From a candidate division WOR-3 bacterium (GTDB lineage: Bacteria; Hydrothermota; UBA3072; B12-G15), in contig CBFGJG010000036.1 of assembly GCA_965649055.1 (NCBI GenBank), positions 1-21,430 on the forward strand: a stretch of DNA of 21,430 nucleotides, given 5' to 3'. This document shows positions 6,953 to 15,894 of the stretch, piece after piece. A program made the translations under genes and the position numbers. Below the pieces are notes generated by a model. The model searched no databases and was not told where the DNA came from. It saw nothing but the letters and a program-made list of their open reading frames with translations. How positions within the stretch are numbered: position 1 is the stretch's first letter; the number at the start of each line of letters is the position of its first letter.

Positions 6953-9257
6953 CTTTTAATTTTTTCAATATCTTTTCGGATGTAATAGGAAGTTCTGTAA
7001 TCCTTACACCAGCAGCATCATAGATAGCATTTGCAATTGCAGGTGCAGGACCATTTATACCTATCTCTGAGATAGATTTTGCACCAAAGGGACCAGTTTC
7101 TTCATATGATTCTACAATGATAGTTTTTATCTCTGGTTTATCCTTCGCATTAAAAATTTTGTATTTCTTAAAATTATCAGTCAGCAATCTCCCGTTACTA
7201 TCAAATATGTATCCTTCTGTCAAAGCATATGATATTCCATTTAAAACAGCACCATCAACCTGACCTTCTGCTAAGAGAGGATTTATTGGTGTTCCGCAAT
7301 CAACAACTGAGACAAATTTAATAACATTAACATAACCTGTTTTTATATCAACATCGACTTCTGCAAATTGTGCAATGAAAGGAGGTGGTGAAACACTTTC
7401 AACATTTGATGATACTGCAAAAATCTGGAACTGGTCTTTCTTATAAAATGAATAAAGTGCAATTTCACTAAAAGATACTTTTTTACCGGATTTACCAATC
7501 ACATATCCATCATTCAATGTTAAATTTTTAATATCTTCTTTTAAAATCTCCGAGCCAACCTTCAATATCTGTTCTTTTATCTTTTCTGCACACTTCTTCA
7601 CTGCATTACCTGATACATATGTTGTTGATGAAGCATAAGCACCTACATCAAATGGTGTTAGGTCTGTATCAGAAGAAAGAATATATATCATCTCACTTGG
7701 TATTTTTAATACCTCTGCTGCAATCTGTGTAAGGATTGTATCAGAGCCTGTTCCTATATCAGTTGCACCAACAAAAAGATTGAATGAACCATCATCGTTC
7801 ATCTTCATCGTTGCAGAGCCCATATCTACAAGTGGAATTCCCGAACCCTGCATAGCACATATCATTCCAACACCTTTTATCTTATCTCCATTCCTAATCC
7901 TTTTACCTCTTTTCTTATACCAATCTATTTCTCTAACACCTATATCAATACATTCAGATAGTTTACAGGAATTTATGTGTTGAACAACACCTTCCTTTCC
8001 TTCGCCGAGTTTCTCAAAAACTGGTGATGTTTCACCTTCTTTTATGTGCCATTTTTTATAGTATTCAATTATGTCAAGATTCAATTCCCTTGTTATTATA
8101 TCTATCATCTGTCCGAATGCAAAGTATCCCTGTGTTGCACCATAACCCCTGTATGCACCACCAACTGGAAGATTTGTATAAACTGATTTTCCCGTAAAAG
8201 ATATATTTGGAATCTTATTGAATAATGGTAAAACCTTTGAACCAACATTTGAAAGGACAGTTAGACTATGTGAACCATATGCACCTGCATTCATTAAGAC
8301 ATCCATCTTCAAACTATTTATAAATCCATCTTTCTTTACACCTGTTTCCATCCTTATTATTGCAGAATGTCTTGTCCTTGTTGATGTGAACACTTCTTCC
8401 CTGCTTAACACAATTTTTGATGGTTTACCTGTTCTATATGTTACAAGCGCAACATAAGGTTCAAGAAGAACCTCCTGTTTTGAACCAAATCCACCACCAA
8501 TCCTTGGTTTTATAACCCTTATATCCTTGATAGGAATCCCAAGCAGAAAAGATGTTATCCTTCTTGCATGAAAAGGAACCTGTGTTGACGAGATTATCAC
8601 TATCCTTCCTTTCTCGTCAAGATATGCGATTGCGCTGTGTGGCTCAATTGCGCAGTGATTAACATACGGGAGATAGAATTTCTCTTTTAAGATAAAATCA
8701 GATTCTTTAATACCTTTATCAGCATTTCCATATTTAAATTCTGTGAAAGCAGAAATATTTTTATCCGGTTCATACCCTGCATCTATTAAATAATGACATT
8801 CATCTGAATGAATCTTTGGTGCATCTTCTTTTATTGCATCTTCTACATCAAAGACAGGTTTTAATATCCTGTATTCTACTTTTATCTTATTTATAGCTTC
8901 TTCTGCTGTCTTTAAAGATACTGCACCTACAAGAGCAACCTTATCTCCAACAAATCTAACATACCTGTCAAATAATTTAGTGTCATAAGGTGAAGGTTCG
9001 GGATAACCCTGTCCTGCTGTTGTATAAAGTTTATCAGGTGTATTCTTATAAGTTAAGATTATTCTCACACCTTCCATATTTTCAGCCTTTGATGTGTCTA
9101 TATCTATTATTTCTGCGAAAGGATGTGGAGAATAAAGAAACTTACAATAAATCATATCGGCAAACGAAAAATCATCCGTAAATTTCTCTATTCCTAATGC
9201 AAGTCCTATTGCATCTATCTTTCTTTTAGATTTTTTAACATTTATAAATTTATCCAT
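6942..9257 (-). CDS. Xanthine dehydrogenase family molybdopterin-binding subunit (XdhD/YgfN-type)
   Basis: YTTAGQGYPEPSPYD, STQVPF, GGGFGSKQ, GAYRGYGATQG, DIGTG, GAYASSTT, GQVDGA and GPFGAKSISE (catalytic Glu). Start placed at ATG 9257 behind AGGTGA rather than GTG 9266. Confidence 0.9.
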   Translation of the reverse strand: MDKFINVKKSKRKIDAIGLALGIEKFTDDFSFADMIYCKFLYSPHPFAEIIDIDTSKAENMEGVRIILTYKNTPDKLYTTAGQGYPEPSPYDTKLFDRYVRFVGDKVALVGAVSLKTAEEAINKIKVEYRILKPVFDVEDAIKEDAPKIHSDECHYLIDAGYEPDKNISAFTEFKYGNADKGIKESDFILKEKFYLPYVNHCAIEPHSAIAYLDEKGRIVIISSTQVPFHARRITSFLLGIPIKDIRVIKPRIGGGFGSKQEVLLEPYVALVTYRTGKPSKIVLSREEVFTSTRTRHSAIIRMETGVKKDGFINSLKMDVLMNAGAYGSHSLTVLSNVGSKVLPLFNKIPNISFTGKSVYTNLPVGGAYRGYGATQGYFAFGQMIDIITRELNLDIIEYYKKWHIKEGETSPVFEKLGEGKEGVVQHINSCKLSECIDIGVREIDWYKKRGKRIRNGDKIKGVGMICAMQGSGIPLVDMGSATMKMNDDGSFNLFVGATDIGTGSDTILTQIAAEVLKIPSEMIYILSSDTDLTPFDVGAYASSTTYVSGNAVKKCAEKIKEQILKVGSEILKEDIKNLTLNDGYVIGKSGKKVSFSEIALYSFYKKDQFQIFAVSSNVESVSPPPFIAQFAEVDVDIKTGYVNVIKFVSVVDCGTPINPLLAEGQVDGAVLNGISYALTEGYIFDSNGRLLTDNFKKYKIFNAKDKPEIKTIIVESYEETGPFGAKSISEIGINGPAPAIANAIYDAAGVRITELPITSEKILKKLKDAH

Positions 9258-9711
9258 ATTTATCACCTATAATCATCTTTACCGCATTAATTATCTTCTC
9301 ATAACCTGTACATCTACAAATATTACCATCAAGATATTCTTTTATTTTTTCTTCATCAGGATTTTTTTCTTCCTTTAGAAGATAATATATTGCCAATACC
9401 ATACCGGGTGTGCAGAAACCACACTGGACGGCACCTGCTTCTGCAAGTGATTTATGTATTTTATGTGGACTCTTTATATCACCAAGACCTTTTGATGTTA
9501 ATATTCTTTTATTCTTTGCAGTTGCTGCAAAAACCTGGCAGGAATTAACAAGTTTATCTTCAAGTAAAACAACACAGGCACCGCATGAACCTTCTCTGCA
9601 TCCACATTTCACTTCTTTATATCCATTATCCCTTAATATATCGAGGAGTGTATCTTCAGGTTCAAAATCAAATCTTCTTTTTTGATTATTTATTATAAAT
9701 TCACCATTCAT
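9250..9711 (-). CDS. Xanthine dehydrogenase family 2x[2Fe-2S] subunit (CoxS/XdhC-like)
   Basis: GCREGSCGAC...NSC, QCGFCTPG and NICRCTGY cysteine motifs. Confidence 0.95.
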   Translation of the reverse strand: MNGEFIINNQKRRFDFEPEDTLLDILRDNGYKEVKCGCREGSCGACVVLLEDKLVNSCQVFAATAKNKRILTSKGLGDIKSPHKIHKSLAEAGAVQCGFCTPGMVLAIYYLLKEEKNPDEEKIKEYLDGNICRCTGYEKIINAVKMIIGDKYG

Positions 9712-10492
9712 ATATATCCTTTAAAATCCTGTAAATTTCTATCCTTGATATTTCTTCAAGGTATTCCTGTGAAAAATAAATATTTTTATAAAATTCAGGT
9801 CTAAAGACCTCTTTTAATCTTCCTTCATCTATAAAATTTTCTTTAATTAAAATATCTTCAAGTTCATACATTCTTTTTTCTTTATCCCTTGTTCCCCATA
9901 ATGCTATCTTTATATCCTGTATATTTTTATTCTTCTTTTTGTAAACAATTGAAATATTAAAGATTGAAAAATCAAAAGATGTCCTTCTAAAAGAGAAATA
10001 TCTTGAATCTGTAAATTCTGTATTAATATAAACTTCTTTTATAAGTGAATTCTTCTTTATCTCTGGATTCCTTATAAATTCTAATATTGAATATGTGCCA
10101 TTGTTTTCACCAAGAACCTTTATCTTTGCATCAAGTGTTATTAAAGGACCCAAGAGGTCTGACCACAATGGTGAAAATGCGATTGAACCACCTATTGTTA
10201 TTCTGTTTCTTAAAGGTGTTGAAGCAGCTTTTGAAAGTGATTTTATAAGTATATTATTTTTATCGAATTTTCTTAAATTATTTATAATATCCGTGAATGT
10301 AGCAGTTGAACCTATTACAATATTATCTTTTTCTTCTTTTATATAGTTAAGGTCCAATCTATCAAGTGAGATAATACCTTTTATATTTTTCAAAGTGCCC
10401 ATTAATATGCCTGTCCCACCACCATGTAAGATATTATCTTTTTTTAACAATTTTATTGTGGAATTAATATCGTCAGGGAAGAACCATTCCAT
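9701..10492 (-). CDS. Xanthine dehydrogenase family FAD-binding subunit (CoxM/YgfM-like)
   Basis: GGGTG, LRNRITIGGSI and SDL motifs (variants of AGGT(D/N)L, RNxATxGGN and SD); first gene of a tightly overlapping operon. Confidence 0.88.
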   Translation of the reverse strand: MEWFFPDDINSTIKLLKKDNILHGGGTGILMGTLKNIKGIISLDRLDLNYIKEEKDNIVIGSTATFTDIINNLRKFDKNNILIKSLSKAASTPLRNRITIGGSIAFSPLWSDLLGPLITLDAKIKVLGENNGTYSILEFIRNPEIKKNSLIKEVYINTEFTDSRYFSFRRTSFDFSIFNISIVYKKKNKNIQDIKIALWGTRDKEKRMYELEDILIKENFIDEGRLKEVFRPEFYKNIYFSQEYLEEISRIEIYRILKDIYEW

Positions 10493-10498
10493 ATATAA

Positions 10499-10526
10499 AA
10501 ATTATACTATATAAAATTAATGTCAA
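10499..10526 (-). promoter_or_regulatory. Putative leaderless promoter of the xdh-like operon, TTGACA-N16-TAATTT-N6-ATG
   Basis: -35 at 10526-10521 and -10 at 10504-10499 (TATAAT also present at 10506-10501); no SD before ATG 10492. Confidence 0.6.
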
Positions 10527-10776
10527 TTAAAATTTAAAACGGTCATTATCTTCCTTCATAAGTCTTGATATAAAATATATGCTTAATGTATTTAGATTTA
10601 CTTTTTTCAAGAATAAAATCTTTGTATTTTAGTTCTTTTATTATTTATTTACCATTTTAATTAATCTTTGCTCGTTTTATCAATATTTCTGAATTAATCT
10701 AATCCTGCATTAACAATAACTGAATTCATATATAGAAACATTTTATAAATTTTTGAGAAAAGATAATATATTTATT

Positions 10777-11685
10777 TTAATTTTTAAAGGAATCGAATGT
10801 GTATTTTAATCCCTTTTCTAAGGAATTCTTCGCTTCCCAACCAAGAACTTTTTTAGCTTTATTTACATTCAACCCTGAAAGAGTCGCTTCACCTTTTCTC
10901 TTTGGTTTGTAGATAGGTTCAACATATTTACCAAAGAGTTTTGTTATTTTCTTGTATAATTCATTAACACTTATTGATACACCTGTTCCAATGTTTATAA
11001 TCTCATTATCCCCTTTATCAATAGCCAGGATGGTAGCATTAGCAACATCTCCAACGTAAACATAATCCCTTAACATTTTTCCTTTACCATATATAACAGG
11101 TATTTCATTATTCAAAAGTTTTGTTATAAATATTGCCACAACACCTGCTTCACCTTCTGGTGACTGTCTTGGGCCGTAAACATTTGCATATCTTAAAATA
11201 GTATATCTTAAACCGAACCATTCTTTATATATCCTTATATAATTTTCAGAAGCAAGTTTTGTAAGACCGTAAGGTGAAAGAGGCTTAGGATAGGTTCTTT
11301 CAGAAGCATTCAGTTTATTACCGTAAATTGCACCCCCCGTAGATGAAAAGATAAATTTCTTAACATTATATTTAACTGATAAATTTAAAAGATTTAATGT
11401 TCCTCCAACATTAACATCAAGGTCGTAAAAAGGGTCTTCAAGAGATTTTCTCACATCAATTTGAGCAGCAAGGTGAAACACAACATCAGGCATTATATCT
11501 TTAAAGATATCTGATAATTTTTTATCTCTAATATCAATATGATAGAATTTACATTTCTTGTTTATATTTTCTTTTTTACCTCTAATAAGATTATCAACTA
11601 CAAAGCATTCAATACCTTTATCTATCAACCCATCAACAATATGTGAACCTATAAAACCTGCTCCACCTGTTACTAATGCTTTCAT
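10777..11685 (-). CDS. galE: NAD-dependent epimerase/dehydratase, UDP-glucose 4-epimerase-like
   Basis: TGGAGFIGSH, HLAAQIDVRKS, SSTGGAIYG, catalytic YGLTK, RYANVYGPRQ, RDYVYVGD; RBS AAAGGAG at 11691-11697. Confidence 0.8.
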   Translation of the reverse strand: MKALVTGGAGFIGSHIVDGLIDKGIECFVVDNLIRGKKENINKKCKFYHIDIRDKKLSDIFKDIMPDVVFHLAAQIDVRKSLEDPFYDLDVNVGGTLNLLNLSVKYNVKKFIFSSTGGAIYGNKLNASERTYPKPLSPYGLTKLASENYIRIYKEWFGLRYTILRYANVYGPRQSPEGEAGVVAIFITKLLNNEIPVIYGKGKMLRDYVYVGDVANATILAIDKGDNEIINIGTGVSISVNELYKKITKLFGKYVEPIYKPKRKGEATLSGLNVNKAKKVLGWEAKNSLEKGLKYTFDSFKN

Positions 11686-11706
11686 TTTATCTCCTTTTGT
11701 TGCATA

Positions 11707-11734
11707 AATATAAATATTTAAAATTATTAGTCAA
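11707..11734 (-). promoter_or_regulatory. Putative galE promoter TTGACT-N16-TATATT; the -35 box overlaps the queG stop codon
   Basis: TTGACT at 11734-11729 contains the TGA of queG; TATATT at 11712-11707. Confidence 0.5.
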
Positions 11735-12483
11735 CAAAAAATAGATGCTTTTATTCTTCTTGATTTATTATATGGACATACTATCTGGCATTCATCACAA
11801 CCATATATGTATCCTTTTGTATCCTTTATATCAAAATCTTTTATCTTCTTCTCTATTGTAATATATGATATACACTTCCTTGGGTCTAATTTATAAGGTT
11901 CGTATATAGCATTTGTCGGGCAAGATTTGATGCATAAATCACAATCACCACAGGCATTATGAACAGGTTCATCTGATTCAAGTTCTATGTTGAGGAATAT
12001 CTCACCAAGAAAAAAGAAAGAACCAAAATCCTTATTTATAATAAGGGTATTCTTGCCCCTGAATCCTATTCCACATCTAACTGCTATCTCCTTTTCAAAA
12101 ACAGGTCCTGTATCAACAAATATTTTACCTTCCAAATCCTTTTTTATTTCTTTTATCTTTGTTAAATACTCTTTAAGCATCTTTTTTAAAACCTTATGAT
12201 AATCTTCATAAATGGCAAATGAAGATATCCTTTTCCCATCTTTTTCGTATCTTTTATATTCATAGGCAACTGCACAACATAAAATACTTTTTACATCTTT
12301 CCACACTAAAAATGGATTTAATCTCTTTTCCTTGGTCCTTTTCAGGTATTCCATATCACCAAACATTCCTTCTTTTATGAAATAATCAAAATATTCGTCT
12401 TCTATTTTTTCAGGTTCATAAACACGGACAAGATTAAATCCTATTTCTTTACCAACTTTTATTATCTCTTCCTTTATTCCCAT
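11731..12483 (-). CDS. queG: tRNA epoxyqueuosine(34) reductase QueG (short form)
   Basis: GDMEYL, DYH, VDTGPVFEK, GFRGKN, GSFFFLGEI, CGDCDLCIKSCPT, CISYITIE and GCDECQIVCPYN (two [4Fe-4S] motifs). Confidence 0.92.
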   Translation of the reverse strand: MGIKEEIIKVGKEIGFNLVRVYEPEKIEDEYFDYFIKEGMFGDMEYLKRTKEKRLNPFLVWKDVKSILCCAVAYEYKRYEKDGKRISSFAIYEDYHKVLKKMLKEYLTKIKEIKKDLEGKIFVDTGPVFEKEIAVRCGIGFRGKNTLIINKDFGSFFFLGEIFLNIELESDEPVHNACGDCDLCIKSCPTNAIYEPYKLDPRKCISYITIEKKIKDFDIKDTKGYIYGCDECQIVCPYNKSRRIKASIFC

Positions 12484-12965
12484 ACGGGTGGTGAAAGAAG
12501 AATATTTTCATTGAATTTCTTGATTATTTTTACATTTCTTATAACAAAGACCATTCTCTGAAATTGAAGATTTAATTCAATTTTTTTTATTGTATTTTCC
12601 TTCCACACAAAAACATTTTTCACATATAATGTATCCTTGGGAATTATTCTTATAAATCCATTTTTTTCTTCAAATGATTCCATAAACTCTTCTGTATAGA
12701 ATATTATTCTATTTAAAGGGAATTTGTTTTCATAAATAGATGGAAAGTCAATGCCCCTTGTGTAAACTTCTAAATTTTTCTGACCTATGAGGACCTGTAT
12801 AAATGGTTCTTTAACTTCTATCCTGAAACCATTCTTCCAGATTGATAACGAACCTTTAAATATATATCTTTTATCTTCGGAATAAAGGGTTTCAACAAAT
12901 TCAGCCTTAAATAAACTATTTTTTGTTAGCCTTTCATCAATGATTAGTGATAGTAAGAGAATCAT
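12474..12965 (-). CDS. LolA-like outer-membrane lipoprotein carrier
   Basis: Directly downstream of ftsK (ATGA overlap, conserved ftsK-lolA order); beta-rich pattern FKAEFVET...KGSL...FRIE...P..Q; short hydrophobic N-terminus. Confidence 0.6.
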   Translation of the reverse strand: MILLLSLIIDERLTKNSLFKAEFVETLYSEDKRYIFKGSLSIWKNGFRIEVKEPFIQVLIGQKNLEVYTRGIDFPSIYENKFPLNRIIFYTEEFMESFEEKNGFIRIIPKDTLYVKNVFVWKENTIKKIELNLQFQRMVFVIRNVKIIKKFNENILLSPPVWE

Positions 12966-15226
12966 TCTTTTATCAAAACATCCCTTGATTTTGAACCTTT
13001 AAAAGGTCCTACAATCCCCATCATCTCAAGCTGGTCTATGAGCCTTGCAGCCCTGTTGTATCCGATATTCAATTTTCTCTGGAGTAAAGATGCCGAAGCA
13101 GTTCTATGCTGGATAACGATTCTTTTTGCCTCTTCAAATAATTCATCAAGTTCCTTATTCAAATCTTCTGTCTTTGTCTCTTCTTTTATTGGCATTTCAA
13201 ATTCAGGTAATGTTGGATAATATTCAAGTGATTCAACAAATTCAATGAATTCTTCTTTCTTTATTTCTGTTTTTTCTTCAAGCAGATTACCAAAATCACT
13301 GAGCCTTTCATCCCCACCGGGTAGCGAAGGCTCTGATATAACATCAAGTATCTCTTCTTCCATAACAAGTTCGTTTATTTTCTTATATTCTTTATGGAAT
13401 CTTCTTTTCAAGAGTTCTTCAAGGTACGCACCACCTATAAGTTTAACAATGTTTTTTGTTTCTTCTGTTGATATTGCAGGTCCATGGAGCCTTATGGGTA
13501 ATCCTGACTTTGGGGGAATGAAAAGCATATCACCTTTACCCAGTAATTTTTCAGCACCTGTATTATCCATAATTGTTTTTGCATCATGCCTTGATGCAAC
13601 CTGGAATGCTATCCTTGAAGGGAAGTTTGCCTTTATAAGTCCTGTTATAACATCAACAGAAGGTCTTTGGGTTGCAAGTATTAAATGTATTCCTACTGCC
13701 CTTGATTTCTGTGCTAATCTTACAAGTGCATTTTCTACTTCCTTGCCACGCTGCAATAATAAATCAGCAAGTTCATCAATGATAATAAGGACAAAAGGCA
13801 TCTTCTCTCTCATCTTTTTATTGTATCCATATATATCACGAACACCAACCCTTGCAAATTCAGCATATCTAACTTCCATACAATTCAATGCCTGTTTTAA
13901 AACACGCATTGCATGGTCTGATTCCGTTATAACAGGCGAGATTAGATGCGGTATTCCGTTGTATATTGAAAGTTCAATCCTTTTTGGGTCTATCATAATG
14001 AACCTTGTATCCTGTGGCATTGATTTAAATAAAATACTCGTTATAAGTGAATTTATGAACACACTCTTACCTGAACCTGTTGCACCTGCAACAAGTAGAT
14101 GTGGCATCTCACCAATTTCAGCAAAATAAGGTTTTCCTGTAATATCTTTACCGATAGGGACAAACAGAGGGGAACTATTGGAAAGAAATTCCTGTTCCAT
14201 CATCAATTCTTTAAGATAAACTATATCCCTGTTTTTCCTTGGGATTTCTATCCCGACAACTTCCTTTCCCGGTATAGGTGCAAGAACCCTTAATTTTTCT
14301 GCTTTTAAAGCCATAGCAATATCATCTGTAAGTGCTGCAATCTTTGATATCTTTATATTGGAAGATGGTTTGTATTCAAATCTTATCACAACAGGTCCTA
14401 TAAGGACATTCTTCACCTTACCATCTATCCCGAGGTCTTTAAGTTTCTCTTCAAGAAGTATAATCTTTTCCTGAAGGTATGTTTTATCTTCTTCTGTTCC
14501 TTTTGTTGGTTCTTCAAGGAAAGACAAGAATTTTTCCTTGTATTCAGAGATAACAGGTATATCTTGCTGTGTTATCTCTTCTATCTTCTCTGTTTTTTTC
14601 TTCTTTTTTTTCTCTTCTTTTGTATCTTCCTTTTTTTCTTCTTTTATCTCTTCTTTTACTTCAGATTCTGTTATTATACCTGCAATTTCTTTCTTTCTTA
14701 TGATTCTTTCTATTTCAAAAAATATAAAGATTAATGAGAAAAGAAGGAAGAATGAAAGGAGAAATGAACCAAGATGACCTATCTTTGATACAATAAACTC
14801 ACCTGCATTAAGACCAATAAAACCTGCAAATCTTTCATTTGTAAAATAACCAAGTGTGATAAATGTTATAATAAAAATACCTGAAACGAGGCTACCAATC
14901 CTGAAAATATATTTCTTTATATTGTTCTTGATTAATCCTATCCCACAAAGTATTATGATAAATGGAATAAATAAAAATGTGTATCCGAATGCGTTGAAGA
15001 AGAATCTTGATATGAATCCACCAAAAGAACCAAATAAATTTCTTGAAACTTCAAAGTCTATTATATAAGAGATAAAACTTGATAAAACAAGAACTCCTAT
15101 AAAAACAACAGCAATCCCGTTGTATATCATCTTCTTTCTTTTTTCCATCTCCTTTAATGTTAAAAACACACCAAAAATAACAAGGAGAAGGATTATCAAA
15201 GCTATCAGTGAATAGAATACAATCAT
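12962..15226 (-). CDS. ftsK: DNA translocase FtsK/SpoIIIE
   Basis: N-terminal TM helices, PHLLVAGATGSGKS, MIDPKRIEL, IIDELADL, RAVGIHLILATQRPSVDVITG, GAEKLLGKGDML and gamma domain LQRKLNIGYNRAARLID. Confidence 0.98.
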   Translation of the reverse strand: MIVFYSLIALIILLLVIFGVFLTLKEMEKRKKMIYNGIAVVFIGVLVLSSFISYIIDFEVSRNLFGSFGGFISRFFFNAFGYTFLFIPFIIILCGIGLIKNNIKKYIFRIGSLVSGIFIITFITLGYFTNERFAGFIGLNAGEFIVSKIGHLGSFLLSFFLLFSLIFIFFEIERIIRKKEIAGIITESEVKEEIKEEKKEDTKEEKKKKKKTEKIEEITQQDIPVISEYKEKFLSFLEEPTKGTEEDKTYLQEKIILLEEKLKDLGIDGKVKNVLIGPVVIRFEYKPSSNIKISKIAALTDDIAMALKAEKLRVLAPIPGKEVVGIEIPRKNRDIVYLKELMMEQEFLSNSSPLFVPIGKDITGKPYFAEIGEMPHLLVAGATGSGKSVFINSLITSILFKSMPQDTRFIMIDPKRIELSIYNGIPHLISPVITESDHAMRVLKQALNCMEVRYAEFARVGVRDIYGYNKKMREKMPFVLIIIDELADLLLQRGKEVENALVRLAQKSRAVGIHLILATQRPSVDVITGLIKANFPSRIAFQVASRHDAKTIMDNTGAEKLLGKGDMLFIPPKSGLPIRLHGPAISTEETKNIVKLIGGAYLEELLKRRFHKEYKKINELVMEEEILDVISEPSLPGGDERLSDFGNLLEEKTEIKKEEFIEFVESLEYYPTLPEFEMPIKEETKTEDLNKELDELFEEAKRIVIQHRTASASLLQRKLNIGYNRAARLIDQLEMMGIVGPFKGSKSRDVLIKE

Positions 15227-15232
15227 ATCTTC

Positions 15233-15261
15233 ATTTTATAAAAATATTCATTTTATGTCAA
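15233..15261 (-). promoter_or_regulatory. Putative leaderless ftsK promoter, TTGACA-N17-TAAAAT-N6-ATG
   Basis: -35 at 15261-15256 (the last two sense codons of the upstream gene), -10 at 15238-15233, ATG at 15226; no SD. Confidence 0.7.
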
Positions 15262-15894
15262 GATATTTAATGGGCATTCTTTGCATCTGGGATTTTTCTT
15301 AAGACAGAATTCTTTACCAGTCTTTACAAGCAAGGCATGATACTCATTGAATATTTTCTCATCTTCTGGTAGATTGTCTTCAAAGATTCTTTGAATTTCA
15401 TCATAATCTTCATTACCTTTTATAATCCTGTGTCTTTCTAATATTCTTCTTGTGTATGCATCAACAACAAATACTGGTTTTCTTAATGCGTATAAAATAA
15501 TTGAATCTGCTGTTTCTTTTCCTATCCCCTTTATTGAAAGTAGCCATTCCCTTAATTCATTTTTCCCTGATTTTTTCATATCATCTATACTTTTAAATTT
15601 ATTTTTGAATTCATCGATGAAATTCTTCAGTCTTTCCCCTTTTACATTGTAAAATCCTGATGGTTTTATCAATCTTTTTATCTTTTCAATATTCAGAGTT
15701 TTGAATTTTTCGATATCAAGGAGTCCTTCTTCTTTTATATTATTTATTGCCTTTTCAACATTATTCCAGTTTGTTCCCTGTGTTAATATTGCACCTATGA
15801 TTATTTCAAATTCAGTTTCACCAGGCCACCAGTGTTGTTCCCCGAATCTTTCAAAAAGTAAATCAAAAATCTTCCTTATCTTATTTCTGGACAT
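15253..15894 (-). CDS. HhH-GPD superfamily DNA glycosylase (endonuclease III-related)
   Basis: QHWWP, EIIIGAILTQGTNW, PSGFY, HhH LLSIKGIGKETADSI, VVDAY, YHALLV; C-terminal FES motif with 3 Cys. Confidence 0.9.
   Translation of the reverse strand: MSRNKIRKIFDLLFERFGEQHWWPGETEFEIIIGAILTQGTNWNNVEKAINNIKEEGLLDIEKFKTLNIEKIKRLIKPSGFYNVKGERLKNFIDEFKNKFKSIDDMKKSGKNELREWLLSIKGIGKETADSIILYALRKPVFVVDAYTRRILERHRIIKGNEDYDEIQRIFEDNLPEDEKIFNEYHALLVKTGKEFCLKKNPRCKECPLNILT

Noticed and set aside
5630..10492. Selenocysteine readthrough or recoding in the xdh-like operon
   Set aside because: All four frames are full length with no internal TGA or frameshift.
10530..10776. Possible decayed gene in the AT-rich spacer (minus frame ...NSEILIKRAKIN*NGK*IIKELKYKDFILEKSKSK..., faintly like a GT2 C-terminus)
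   Set aside because: It has several stops and no start or RBS, and the resemblance is too weak to call without a BLASTX search.
13245..14129. 294-aa plus-strand ORF
   Set aside because: It is an antisense shadow of the conserved FtsK motor domain.
14575..14665. Pyrimidine-rich low-complexity tract
   Set aside because: It encodes the Lys/Glu-rich FtsK linker and is not a separate repeat element.
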